A stretch of 64,000 bases of DNA from positions 371,566,001-371,630,000 of the forward strand of contig OZ024740.1 of NCBI GenBank assembly GCA_964016885.1, written 5' to 3'. The translations under genes and the position numbers were made by a program. The notes beneath the pieces are model-generated. The model was not told the DNA's origin and did not search any database. It worked only from the letters and a program-made list of their open reading frames with translations. This document shows positions 16,401 to 32,900 of this stretch, one piece after another (the stretch's first letter is position 1; the number at the start of each line of letters is the position of its first letter). Source of the stretch: Eledone cirrhosa. Lineage: Eukaryota.

Positions 16401-19400
16401 ATATTTCACTATATTCCATCATTCATTATATTCCATCATTCACTATATTCCATCATTCATTATATTCCATATTTCACTATATTCCATCTTTCACGATATT
16501 CCATCTTTCATTATATTCCATCTTTCACTATATTCCATCTTTCACTATATTCCATCTTTCACTATATTCCATCATTCATTATATTCCATCTTTCACTATA
16601 TTCCATCTTTCACTATATTCCATCATTCATTATATTCCATCATTCACTATATTCCATCATTCATTATATTCCATCTTTCACTATATTCCATCTTTCACTA
16701 TGTTCCATCTTTCATTATATTCCATCTTTCACTATATTTCATCTTTCACTATATTCCATCTTTCATTATATTCCATCTTTCACTATATTCCATCTTTCAT
16801 TATATTCCATAATTCATTATATTCCATCTTTCACTATATTCCATCTTTCATTATATTCCATCTTTCACTATATTCCATCTTTCATTATATTCCATCTTTC
16901 ACTATATTTCATCTTTCATTATATTCCATAATCCATTATATTCCATCTTTCACGATATTCCATCTTTCATTATATTCCATCTTTCACTATATTCCATCTT
17001 TCACTATATTCTATCTTCCACTATATTCCATCTTTCACTATATTCAATCTTTCACTATATTCCATCTTTCACTATATTCCATCTTTCACTATATTCCATG
17101 TTTCATTATATTCCATCTTTCACTATATTCCATAATTCATTATATTCCATCTTTCACTATATTCCATCTTTCATTATATTCCATCTTTAACTATATTCCA
17201 TCTTTCACTATATTCCATCTTTCATTATATTCCATCTTTCACTATATTCCATCTTTCACTATATTCCATCTTTCACTATATTCCATCTTTCACTATATTC
17301 CATCTTTCACTATATTCCATCTTTCATTATATTCCATCATTCACTATATTCCATCATTCATTATATTCCATATTTCACTATATTCCATCTTTCACGATAT
17401 TCCATCTTTCATTATATTCCATCTTTCACTATATTCCATCTTTCACTATATTCCATCTTTAACTATATTCCATCTTTTACTATATTCCATCTTTCACTAT
17501 ATTCCATCTTTAACTATATTCCATCTTTCACTATATTCCATCTTTCATTATATTCCATCTTTCACTATATTCAATCTTTCACTATATTCCATCTTTCACT
17601 ATATTCCATCCTTCACTATATTCCATCCTTCACTATATTCCATCGTTCACTATATTCCATCTTTCATTATGTTCCATCATTCACTATATTCCTTCATTCA
17701 TTATATTCCATATTTCACTATATTCCATCTTTCACGATATTCCATCTTTCATTATATTCCATCTTTCACTATATTCCATCTTTCACTATATTCCATCTTT
17801 CACTATATTCCATCTTTCACTATATTCCATCTTTCATTATATTCCATATTTAACTATATTCCATCTTTCACTATATTCCATCTTTCACTATATTCCATCT
17901 TTCACTATATTCTATCTTTCATTATATTCCATAATTCATTATATTCCATCTTTCACTATATTCCATGTTTAACTATATTCCATTTTTCACTATATTCCAT
18001 CTTTCACTATACTCCATCTTTCATTATATTCCATCTTTCACTATATTCCATCTTTCACTATATTATATCTTTCACTATATTCCATAACTCATTATATTCC
18101 TTCTTTCACTATATTCCATATTTCACTATATTCCATCATTCATTATATTCCATCATTCACTATATTCCATCATTCATTATATTCCATATTTCACTATATT
18201 CCATCTTTCACGATATTCCATCTTTCATTATATTCCATCTTTCACTATATTCCATCTTTCACTATATTCCATCTTTCACTATATTCCATCATTCATTATA
18301 TTCCATCTTTCACTATATTCCATCTTTCACTATATTCCATCATTCATTATATTCCATCATTCACTATATTCCATCATTCATTATATTCCATCTTTCACTA
18401 TATTCCATCTTTCACTATGTTCCATCTTTCATTATATTCCATCTTTCACTATATTTCATCTTTCACTATATTCCATCTTTCATTATATTCCATCTTTCAC
18501 TATATTCCATCTTTCATTATATTCCATAATTCATTATATTCCATCTTTCACTATATTCCATCTTTCATTATATTCCATCTTTCACTATATTCCATCTTTC
18601 ATTATATTCCATCTTTCACTATATTTCATCTTTCATTATATTCCATAATCCATTATATTCCATCTTTCACGATATTCCATCTTTCATTATATTCCATCTT
18701 TCACTATATTCCATCTTTCACTATATTCTATCTTCCACTATATTCCACCTTTCACTATATTCAATCTTTCACTATATTCCATCTTTCACTATATTCCATC
18801 TTTCACTATATTCCATGTTTCATTATATTCCATCTTTCACTATATTCCATCTTTCATTATATTCCATCTTTCACTATATTCCATCTTTCACTATATTCTA
18901 TCTTTCACTATATTCCATAATTCATTATATTCCATCTTTCACTATATTCCATCTTTCACTATATTCCATAATTCATTATATTCCATCTTTCACTATATTC
19001 CATCTTTCATTATATTCCATCTTTAACTATATTCCATCTTTCACTATATTCCATCTTTCATTATATTCCATCTTTCACTATATTCCATCTTTCACTATAT
19101 TCCATCTTTCACTATATTCCATCTTTCACTATATTCCATCTTTCACTATATTCCATCTTTCATTATATTCCATCATTCACTATATTCCATCATTCATTAT
19201 ATTCCATATTTCACTATATTCCATCTTTCACGATATTCCATCTTTCATTATATTCCATCTTTCACTATATTCCATCTTTCACTATATTCCATCTTTAACT
19301 ATATTCCATCTTTTACTATATTCCATCTTTCACTATATTCCATCTTTAACTATATTCCATCTTTCACTATATTCCATCTTTCACTATATTCCATCTTTCA

Positions 19401-22400
19401 CTATATTCAATCTTTCACTATATTCCATCTTTCACTATATTCCATCCTTCACTATATTCCATCTTTCACTATATTCCATATTTCACTATATTCCATCTCT
19501 CACGATATTCCATCTTTCATTATATTCAATCTTTCACTATATTCCATCTTTAACTATATTCCATCCTTCACTATATTCCATCTTTCACTATATTCCATAT
19601 TTCACTATATTCTATCTTTCACGATATTCCATCTTTCATTATATTCCATCTTTCACTATATTCCATCTTTCACTATATTCCATTTTCACTATATTCCATC
19701 TTTCACTATATTCCATCTTTCATTATATTCCATATTTAACTGTATTCTATCTTTCACTATATTCCATCTTTCATTATATTCCATCGTTCACTATATTCCA
19801 TCTTTCATTATATTCCATATTTAATTATATTCCATCTTTCACTATATTCCATCCTTCACTATATTCCATCTTTCACTATATTCCATCTTTCATTATATTC
19901 CATCATTCACTATATTCCATCATTCATTATATTCCATATTTCACTATGTTCCATCTTTCACGATATTCCATCTTTCATTATATTCCATCTTTCACTATAT
20001 TCCATCTTTCACGATATTCCATCTTTCACTATATTCCATCTTTCACTATATTCCATCTTTCATCATATTCCATATTTCACTATATTCCATCTTTCACTAT
20101 ATTCCATCTTTCACTATATTCCATCTTTCATTATATTCCATGTTTCACTATATTCCATCTTTCACTATATTCTATCTTTCATTAGATTCCATAATTCATT
20201 ATATTCCATCTTTCACTATATTCCATGTTCAACTATATTCCATCTTTCACTATATTCCATCTTTCACTATACTCCATGTTTCATTATATTCCATCTTTCA
20301 CTATATTCCATCTTTCACTATATTCCAACTTTCATTATATTCCATCTTTCACTATATTCCATCTTTCACTATATTCTATCTTTCACTATATTCCATAATT
20401 CATTATATTCCATCTTTCACTATATTCCATATTTAACTATATTCCATCTTTCACTATATTCCATCTTTCACTATATTCTATCTTTCACTATATTCCATAA
20501 TTCATTATATTCCATCTTTCACTATATTCCATCTTTCACTATATTCCATCATTCATTATATTCCATCATTCACTATATTCCATCATTCATTATATTCCAT
20601 ATTTCACTATATTCCATCTTTTACGATATTCCATCTTTCACTATATTCCATCTTTCACTATATTCCATCCTTCACTATATTCCATCTTTCACTATATTCC
20701 ATATTTCACTATATTCCATCTTTCACGATATTCCATCTTTCATTATATTCCATCTTTCACTATATTCCATCTTTCACTATATTCCATCTTTCACTATATT
20801 CCATGATTCATTATATTCCATATTTCACTATATTCCATCTTTCACTATATTCCATCTTTCATTATATTCCATCTTTCACTATATTCCATCTTTCACTATA
20901 TTCCATCTTTCATTATATTCCATCTTTCACTATATTCCATCTGTCATTATATTCCATATTTAATTATATTCCATCTTTCACTATATTTCATCCTTCACTA
21001 TATTCCATCTTTCACTATATTCCATCTTTCATTATGTTCCATCATTCACTATATTCCATCATTCATTATATTCCATATTTCACTATATTCCATCTTTCAC
21101 GATATTCCATCTTTCATTATATTCCATCTTTCACTATATTCCATCTTTCACTATATTCCATCTTTCACTATATTCCATCTTTCACTATATTCCATCTTTC
21201 ATTATATTCCATATTTAACTATATTCCATCTTTCACTATATTCCATCTTTCACTATATTCCATCTTTCACTATATTCTATCTTTCATTATATTCCATAAT
21301 TCATTATATTCCATCTTTCACTATATTCCATGTTTAACTATATTCCATTTTTCACTATATTCCATCTTTCACTATACTCCATCTTTCATTATATTCCATC
21401 TTTCACTATATTCCATCTTTCACTATATTATATCTTTCACTATATTCCATAACTCATTATATTCCTTCTTTCACTATATTCCATATTTCACTATATTCCA
21501 TCATTCATTATATTCCATCATTCACTATATTCCATCATTCATTATATTCCATATTTCACTATATTCCATCTTTCACGATATTCCATCTTTCATTATATTC
21601 CATCTTTCACTATATTCCATCTTTCACTATATTCCATCTTTCACTATATTCCATCATTCATTATATTCCATCTTTCACTATATTCCATCTTTCACTATAT
21701 TCCATCATTCATTATATTCCATCATTCACTATATTCCATCATTCATTATATTCCATCTTTCACTATATTCCATCTTTCACTATGTTCCATCTTTCATTAT
21801 ATTCCATCTTTCACTATATTTCATCTTTCACTATATTCCATCTTTCATTATATTCCATCTTTCACTATATTCCATCTTTCATTATATTCCATAATTCATT
21901 ATATTCCATCTTTCACTATATTCCATCTTTCATTATATTCCATCTTTCACTATATTCCATCTTTCATTATATTCCATCTTTCACTATATTTCATCTTTCA
22001 TTATATTCCATAATCCATTATATTCCATCTTTCACGATATTCCATCTTTCATTATATTCCATCTTTCACTATATTCCATCTTTCACTATATTCTATCATC
22101 CACTATATTCCATCTTTCACTATATTCAATCTTTCACTATATTCCATCTTTCACTATATTCCATCTTTCACTATATTCCATGTTTCATTATATTCCATCT
22201 TTCACTATATTCCATCTTTCATTATATTCCATCTTTCACTATATTCCATCTTTCACTATATTCTATATTTCACTATATTCCATAATTCATTGTATTCCAT
22301 CTTTCACTATATTCCATCTTTCACTATATTCCATAATTCATTATATTCCATCTTTCACTATATTCCATCTTTCATTATATTCCATCTTTAACTATATTCC

Positions 22401-23250
22401 ATCTTTCACTATATTCCATCTTTCATTATATTCCATCTTTCACTATATTCCATCTTTCACTATATTCCATCTTTCACTATATTCCATCTTTCACTATATT
22501 CCATCTTTCACTATATTCCATCTTTCATTATATTCCATCTTTCACTATATTCCATCTTTCACTATATTCCATCTTTAACTATATTCCATCTTTTACTATA
22601 TTCCATCTTTCACTATATTCCATCTTTAACTATATTCCATCTTTCACTATATTCCATCTTTCATTATATTCCATCTTTCACTATATTCAATCTTTCACTA
22701 TATTCCATCTTTCACTATATTCCATCCTTCACTATATTCCATCTTTCACTATATTCCATATTTCACTATATTCCATCTCTCACGATATTCCATCTTTCAT
22801 TATATTCAATCTTTCACTATATTCCATCTTTAACTATATTCCACCCTTCACTATATTCCATCTTTCACTATATTCCATATTTCACTATATTCTATCTTTC
22901 ACGATATTCCATCTTTCATTATATTCCATCTTTCACTATATTCCATCTTTCACTATATTCCATTTTCACTATATTCCATCTTTCACTATATTCCATCTTT
23001 CATTATATTCCATATTTAACTGTATTCTATCTTTCACTATATTCCATCTTTCATTATATTCCATCGTTCACTATATTCCATCTTTCATTATATTCCATAT
23101 TTAATTATATTCCATCTTTCACTATATTCCATCCTTCACTATATTCCATCTTTCACTATATTCCATCTTTCATTATATTCCATCATTCACTATATTCCAT
23201 CATTCATTATATTCCATATTTCACTATGTTCCATCTTTCACGATATTCCA
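6625..23250. repeat. Variable-length higher-order repeats sharing a common variant core (periods 2772, 3451, 2873, 1717, 3365 bp)
   Basis: The same variant block starts at 7604, 10376, 13827, 16700, 18417 and 21782. Offsets are 163x17+1, 203x17, 169x17, 101x17 and 198x17-1. Boundaries are approximate. Confidence 0.85.
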
Positions 23251-26200
23251 TCTTTCATTATATTCCATCTTTCACTATATTCCATCTTTCACTATATTCC
23301 TTCATTCACTATATTCCATCTTTCACTATATTCCACTTTTCACTATATTCCATCTTTCACTATGTTCCATCTTTCACTATATTCCATCTTTCATTATATT
23401 CCATCTTTCACTATATTCCATCATTCACTATATTCCATCTTTCACTATATTCCATCTTTCCCTATATCCCATCTTTCACTGTATTCCATCTTTCACTATA
23501 TTCCATCTTTCACTATATTCCATCTTTCATTATATTCCATCTTTCACTATATTCCATCTTTCACTATATTCCATCTTTCATTATATTGCATCTTTCACTA
23601 TATTCCATCTTTCATTATATTCCATGTTTCATTATATTCCATCTTTCACTATATTCCATCTTTCAATATATTCCATCTTTCACTATATTCCATCTTTCAC
23701 TATATTCCATCATTCATTATATTCCATCTTTCACTATATTCCATCTTTCATTATATTCCATCTTTCACTATATTCCATCATTCATTATATTCCATCTTTC
23801 ACTATATTCCATCTTTCATTATATTCCATCTTTCATTATATTCCATCTTTCACTATATTCCATCTTTCATTATATTCCATCTTTCACTATATTCCATCTT
23901 TCATTATATTCCATAATTCATTATATTCCATCTTTCACTATATTCCATCATTCATTATATTCCATCATTCACTATATTCCATCATTCATTATATTCCATA
24001 TTTCACTATATTCCATCTTTCACGATATTCCATCTTTCATTATATTCCATCTTTCACTATATTCCATCTTTCACTATATTCCATCTTTCACTATATTCCA
24101 TGATTCATTATATTCCATCTTTCACTATATTCCATCTTTCACGATATTCCATCTTTCATTATATTCCATCTTTCACTATATTCCATCTTTCACTATATTC
24201 CATCTTTCACTATATTCCATCTTTCACTATATTCCATATTTCACTATATTCCATCTTTCACTATATTCCATGTTTCACTATATTCCATCTTTCACTATAT
24301 TCCATCTTTCACTATATTCCATCTTTCACTATATTCCATCTTTCACTATATTCCATAATTCATTATATTCCATCTTTCACTATATTCCATCTTTCACTAT
24401 ATTCCATCTTTCACTATATTCCATCCTTCACTATATTCCATCTTTCACTATATTCCATCATTCACTATATTCCATCTTTCACTATATTCCATCTTTCACT
24501 ATATTCCATAATTCATTATATTCCATCTTTCACTATATTTCATCTTTCACTATATTCCATCTTTCACTATATTCCATCTTTCACTATATTCCATCATTCA
24601 CTATATTCCATCTTTCACTATATTCCATCTTTCACTATATTCCATAATTCATTATATTCCATCTTTCACTATATTCCATCTTTCACTATATTCCATCCTT
24701 CACTGTATTCCATAATTCATTATATTCCATCCTTCACTATATTCCATCATTCACTATATTCGATCTTTCACTATATTCCACTTTTCACTATATTCGATCT
24801 TTCACTATATTCCATCTTTCACTATATTCCATCTTTCACTATATTCCATCTTTCACTATATTCCATCTTTCACTATATTCCATCTTTCACTATATTCCAT
24901 AATTCATTATATTCCATCTTTCACTATATTCCATCTTTCACTATATTCCATCATTCACTATATTCCATCTTTCACTATATTCCATCGTTCACTATATTCC
25001 ATCTTTCACTATATTCCATCTTTCACTATATTCCATCTTTCACTATATTCCATCTTTCACTATATTCCATCTTTCATTATATTCCATCTTTCACTATATT
25101 CCATCTTTCACTATATTCCATCTTTCATTATATTGCATCTTTCACTATATTCCATCTTTCATTATATTCCATCTTTCATTATATTCCATCTTTCATTATA
25201 TTCCATCTTTCAATATATTCCATCTTTCACTATATTCTATCTTTCACTATATTCCATCATTCACTATATTCCATCATTCACTATATTCCATCATTCATTA
25301 TATTCCAACTTTCACTATATTCCATCATTCACTATATTCCATCTTTCACTATATTCCATCTTTCATTATATTCCATCTTTCACTATATTCCATCTTTCAT
25401 TATATTCCAGAATTCATTATATTCCATCTTTCACTATATTCCATCTTTCACTATATTCCATCTTTCACTATATTCCATCTTTCATTATATTCCATAATCC
25501 ATTATATTCCATCTTTCACGATATTCCATCTTTCATTATATTCCATCTTTCACTATATTCCATCTTTCACTATATTCCATCTTTCACTATATTCATTCTT
25601 TCACTATATTCCATATTTCACTATATTCCATCTTTCACTATATTCCATCTTTCACTATATTCCATCTTTCACTATATTTCATCTTTCACTATATTCCATC
25701 TTTTACTATATTCCATAATTCATTATATTCCATCTTTCACTATATTCCATCTTTCACTATATTCCATCTTTCACTATATTCCATCTTTCACTATATTCCA
25801 TCTTTCACTATATTCCATATTTCAGTATATTCCATCTTTCACTATATTCCATCTTTCACTATATTCCATCTTTCACTATATTCCATCTTTCATTATATTC
25901 CATAATCCTTTATATTCCATCTTTCACGATATTCCATCTTTCATTATATTCCATCTTTCACTATATTCCATCTTTCACTATATTCCATCTTTCACTATAT
26001 TCATTCTTTCACTATATTCCATATTTCACCATATTCCATCTTTCACTATATTCCATCTTTCACTATATTCCATCTTTCACTATATTTCATCTTTCACTAT
26101 ATTCCATCTTTCACTATATTCCATCTTTCACGATATTCCATCTTTCATTATATTCCATCTTTCACTATATTCCATCTTTCACTATATTCCATCTTTCACT

Positions 26201-29200
26201 ATATTCCATCTTTCACTATATTCCATATTTCACTATATTCCATCTTTCACTATATTCCATCTTTCACTATATTCCATCTTTCACTATATTCCATCTTTCA
26301 CTATATTCCATAATTCATTATATTCCATCTTTCACTATATTCCATCTTTCACTATATTCCATCTTTCACTATATTCCATATTTCACTATATTCCATCTTT
26401 CACTATATTCCATATTTCAGTATATTCCATCTTTCACTATATTCCATCTTTCACTATATTCCATCTTTCATTATATTCCATCTTTCACTATATTCCATCT
26501 TTCATTATATTCCATCTTTCACTATATTCCATCTTTCACTATATTCGATCTTTCACTATATTCCATAATTCATTATATTCCATCTTTCACTATATTCCAT
26601 CTTTCACTATATTCCATAATTCATTATATTCTCATCTTTCACTATATTCCATCTTTCATTATATTCCATCTTTCACTATATTCCATCTTTCACTATATTC
26701 CATCTTTTATTATATTCCATCTTTAACTATATTCCATCTTTCACTATATTCCATCTTTCATTATATTCCATCTTTCACTATATTCCATCTTTCACTATAT
26801 TCCATCTTTCACTATATTCCATCCTTCACTATATTCCATCTTTCACTATATTCCATCATTCACTATATTCCATCTTTCACTATATTCCATCTTTCACTAT
26901 ATTCCATAATTCATTATATTCCATCTTTCACTATATTCCATCTTTCACTATATTCCATCTTTTACTATATTCCATCCTTCACTATATTCCATCTTTCACT
27001 ATATTCCCTAATTCATTATATTCCATCTTTCACTATATTCCATCTTTCACTATATTCCATCATTCACTATATTCCATCTTTCACTATATTCCATCGTTCA
27101 CTATATTTCATCTTTCACTATATTCCATCTTTCACTATATTCCATCTTTCACTATATTCCATCTTTCACTATATTCCATCTTTCATTATATTCTATCTTT
27201 CACTATATTCCATCTTTCACTATATTCCATCTTTCACTATATTCTATCTTTCACTATATTCCATCATTCACTATATTCTATCATTCACTATATTCCATCA
27301 TTCATTATATTCCAACTTTCACTATATTCCATCATTCACTATATTCCATCTTTCACTATATTCCATAATTCATTATATTCCATCTTTCACTATATTCCAT
27401 CTTTCACTATATTCCATCATTTATTATATAACATCATTCACTATATTCCATCATTCATTATATTCCATCTTTCACTATATTCCATCTTTCACTATATTTC
27501 ATCTTTCACTATATTCCATCTTTCATTATATTCCATCTTTCACTATATTCTATCTTTCATTATATTCCATAATTCATTATATTCCATCTTTCACTATATT
27601 CCATCTTTCACTATATTCCATCTTTCACTATATTCCATCTTTCATTATATTCCATAATCCATTATATTCCATCTTTCACGATATTCCATCTTTCATTATA
27701 TTCCATCTTTCACTATATTCCATCTTTGACTATATTCCATCTTTGACTATATTCCATCTTTCACTATATTCCATATTTCACTATATTCCATCTTTCACTA
27801 TATTCCATCTTTCACTATATTCCATCTTTCACTATATTCCATCTTTCACTATATTCCATCTTTCACTATATTCCATAATTCATTATATTCCATCTTTCAC
27901 TATATTCCATCTTTCACTATATTCCATCTTTCACTATATTCCATCTTTCACTATATTCCATCTTTCACTACATTCCATATTTCAGTATATTCCATATTTC
28001 ACTATATTCCATCTTTCACTACATTCCATCTTTCATTATATTCCATCTTTCACTATATTCCATCTTTCATTATATTCCATCTTTCACTATATTCCATCTT
28101 TCACTATATTCGATCTTTCACTATATTCCATAATTCATTATATTCCATCTTTCACTATATTCCATCTTTCACTATATTCCATAATTCTTTATATTCTCAT
28201 CTTTCACTATATTCCATCTTTCATTATATTCCATCTTTCACTATATTCCATCTTTCAATATATTCCATCTTTCACTATATTCTATCTTTCACTATATTCC
28301 ATCATTCACTATATTCCATCATTCACTATATTCCATCATTCATTATATTCCAACTTTCACTATATTCCATCATTCACTATATTCCATCTTTCACTATATT
28401 CCATAATTCATTATATTCCATCTTTCACTATATTCCATCTTTCACTATATTCCATCATTCATTATATACCATCATTCACTATACTCCATCATTCATTGTA
28501 TTTCATCTTTCACTATATTCCATCTTTCATTATATTCCATCTTTCACTATATTCCATCTTTCATTATATTCCATAATTCCTTATATTCCATCTTTCACTA
28601 TATTCCATCATTCATTATATTCCATCTTTCACTATATTCCATATTTCATTATATTCCATAATTCATTATATTCCATCTTTCACTATATTCCATCTTTCAT
28701 TATATTCCATCTTTCACTATATTCCATCTTTCACTATATTCCATCTTTCACTATATTCCATCATTCACTATATTCCATCTTCCACTATATTCCATCTTTC
28801 ATTATATTCCATCTTTCACTATATTCCATCTTTCACTGTATTCCATAATTCATTATATTCCATCTTTCACTATATTCCATCATTCACTATATTCCATCTT
28901 TCATTATATTGCATCTTTCACTATATTCCATCTTTCATTATATTCCATCTTTCATTATATTCCATAATTCATTATATTCCATCTTTCACTATATTCCATC
29001 TTTCACTATATTCCATCTTTCATTATATTCCATCTTTCACTATATTCCATCTTTCATTATATTCCATAATTCCTTATATTCCATCTTTCACTATATTCCA
29101 TCTTTCATTATATTCCATCTTTCACTATATTCCATATTTCATTATATTCCATAATTCATTATATTCCATCTTTCACTATATTCCATCTTTCATTATATTC

Positions 29201-29949
29201 CATCTTTCTCTATATTCCATCTTTCACTATATTCCATCTTTCACTATATTCCATCTTTCACTATATTCCATCATTCACTATATTCTATCTTTCACTATAT
29301 TCCATCATTCACTATATTCCATCATTCACTATATTCCATCATTCAATATATTCCAACTTTCACTATATTCCATCATTCACTATATTCCATCTTTCACTAT
29401 ATTCCATAATTCATTATATTCCATCTTTCACTATATTCCATCTTTCATTATATTCCATAATTCATTATATTCCATCTTTCACTATATTCCATCTTTCACT
29501 ATATTCCATCTTTCATTATATTCCATCTTTCACTATATTCCATATTTCATTATATTCCATAATTCATTATATTCCATCTTTCACTATATTCCATCTTTCA
29601 TTATATTCCATCTTTCACTATATTCCATCTTTCACGATATTCCATCTTTCATTATATTCCATCTTTCACTATATTCCATCTTTCATTATATTCCATCTTT
29701 CACTATATTCCATCTTTCACTATATTCTATCTTTCACTATATTCCATAATTCATTATATTCCATCTTTCACTATATTCCATCTTTCACTATATTCCATAA
29801 TTCATTATATTCCATCTTTCACTATATTCCATCTTTCATTATATTCCATCTTTCACTATATTCCATCTTTCACTATATTCCATCTTTTATTATATTCCAT
29901 CTTTAACTATATTCCATCTTTCACTATATTCCATCTTTCATAATATTCC

Positions 29950-32900
29950 ATCTTTCACTATATTCCATCTTTCACTATATTCCATCTTTCACTATATTCC
30001 ATCCTTCACTATATTCCATCTTTCACTATATTCCATCATTCACTATATTCCATCTTTCACTATATTCCATCTTTCACTATATTCCATAATACATTATATT
30101 CCATCTTTCACTATATTTCATCTTTCACTATATTCCATCTTTCACTATATTCCATCTTTCACTATATTCCATCATTCACTATATTCCATCTTTCACTATA
30201 TTCCATCTTTCACTATATTCCATAATACATTATATTCTATCTTTCACTATATTTCATCTTTCACTATATTCCATCTTTCACTATATTCCATCTTTCACTA
30301 TATTCCATCATTCACTATATTCCATCTTTCACTATATTCCATCTTTCACTGTATTCCATAATTCATTATATTCCATCTTTCACTATATTCCATCATTCAC
30401 TATATTCCATCTTTCATTATATTCCACTTTTCACTATATTCTATCTTTCACTATATTCCATCTTTCACTATATTCCATCTTTCATTATATTCCATCTTTC
30501 ACTATATTCCATCTTTCACTATATTCCATCTTTCACTATATTCCATCTTTCACTACATTCCATCTTTCACTATATTCCATCTTTCACTATATTCCATCTT
30601 TCACTATATTCCATAATTCATTATATTCCACCTTTCACTATATTCCATCTTTCACTATATTCCATCTTTCACTATATTCCATCTTTCACTATATTCCATC
30701 ATTCACTATATTCCATCTTTCACTCTATTCCATCTTTCACTATACTCCATCTTTCACTATATTCCATCTTTCACTATATTCCATCTTTCACTATATTCCA
30801 TCTTTCACTATATTCCATAATTCATTATATTCCACCTTTCACTATATTCCATCTTTCACTATATTCCATCTTTCACTATATTCCATCTTTCACTATATTC
30901 CATCATTCACTATATTCCATCTTTCACTATATTCCTTAATTCATTATATTCCATCTTTCACTATATTCCATCTTTCACTATATTCCATCATTCATTATAT
31001 ACCATCATTCACTATATTCCACCATTCATTATATTCCACCTTTCACTATATTCCATCTTTCACTATATTTCATCTTTCACTATATTCCATCTTTCATTAT
31101 ATTCCATCTTTCACTATATTCCATCTTTCATTATATTCCATAATTCATTATATTCCATCTTTCACTATATTCCATCTTTTACTATATTCCATCTTTCATT
31201 ATATTCCATCTTTCACTATATTCCATATTTCATTATATTCCATAATTCATTATATTCCATCTTTCACTATATTCCATCTTTCATTATATTCCATCTTTCA
31301 CTATATTCCATCTTTTACTATATACCATCTTTCATTATATTCCATCTTTCACTATATTCCATCTTTCATTATATTCCATAATCCATTATATTCCATCTTT
31401 CACGATATTCCATCTTTCATTATATTCCATCTTTCACTATATTCCATCTTTCACTATATTCCATCTTTCACTATATTCCATCTTTCACTATATTCCAAAT
31501 TTCACTATATTCCATCTTTCACTATATTCCATCTTTCACTATATTCCATCTTTCATTATATTCCATCTTTCACTATATTCCATCTTTCATTATATTCCAT
31601 CTTTCACTATATTCCATCTTTCACTATATTCTATCTTTCACTATATTCCATAATTCATTATATTCCATCTTTCACTATATTCCATCTTTCACTATATTCC
31701 ATCTTTCATAATATTCCATCTTTCAATATATTCCATCTTTCACTATATTCCATCTTTCACTATATTCCATCCTTCACTGTATTCCATCTTTCACTATATT
31801 CCATCATTCACTATATTCCATCTTTCACTATATTCCATCTTTCACTATATTCCATAATTCATTATATTCCATCTTTCACTATATTTCATATTTCACTATA
31901 TTCCATCTTTCACTATATTCCATCTTTCACTATATTCCATCATTCACTATATTCCATCTTTCACTATATTCCATCTTTCACTATATTCCATAATTCATTA
32001 TATTCCATCTTTCACTATATTCCATCTTTCACTATATTCCATCTTTCACTGTATTCCATAATTCATTATATTCCATCTTTCACTATATTCCATCTTTCAT
32101 TATATTCCACTTTTCAGTATATTCCATCTTTCACTATATTCCATCTTTCACTATATTCCATCTTTCATTATATTCCATCTTTCACTATATTCCATCTTTC
32201 ACTATATTCCATCTTTCACTATATTCCATCTTTCACTATATTTCATCTTTCACTATATTCCATCTTTCACTATATTCCATCTTTCACTATATTCCATCTT
32301 TCACTATATTCCATCATTCACTATATTCCATCTTTCACTATATTCCATCTTTCACTATATTCCATCTTTCATTATATTGCATCTTTCACTATATTCCATA
32401 TTTCATTATATTCCATCTTTCATTATATTCCATCTTTCACTATATTCCATCTTTCAATATATTCCATCTTTCACTATATTCTATCTTTCACTATATTCCA
32501 TCATTCACTATATTCCATCATTCACTATATTCCATCATTCATTATATTCCAACTTTCACTATATTCCATCATTCACTATATTCCATCTTTCATTATATTC
32601 CATAATTCATTATATTCCATCTTTCACTATATTCCATATTTCATTATATTCCATAATTCATTATATTCCATCTTTCACTATATTCCATCTTTCACTATAT
32701 TCCATCTTTCACTATATTCCATCTTTCACTATATTCCATCCTTCACTATATTCCATCTTTCACTATATTCCATCATTCACTATATTCCATCTTTCACTAT
32801 ATTCCATCTTTCACTATATTCCATAATACATTATATTCCATCTTTCACTATATTTCATCTTTCACTATATTCCATCTTTCACTATATTCCATCTTTCACT

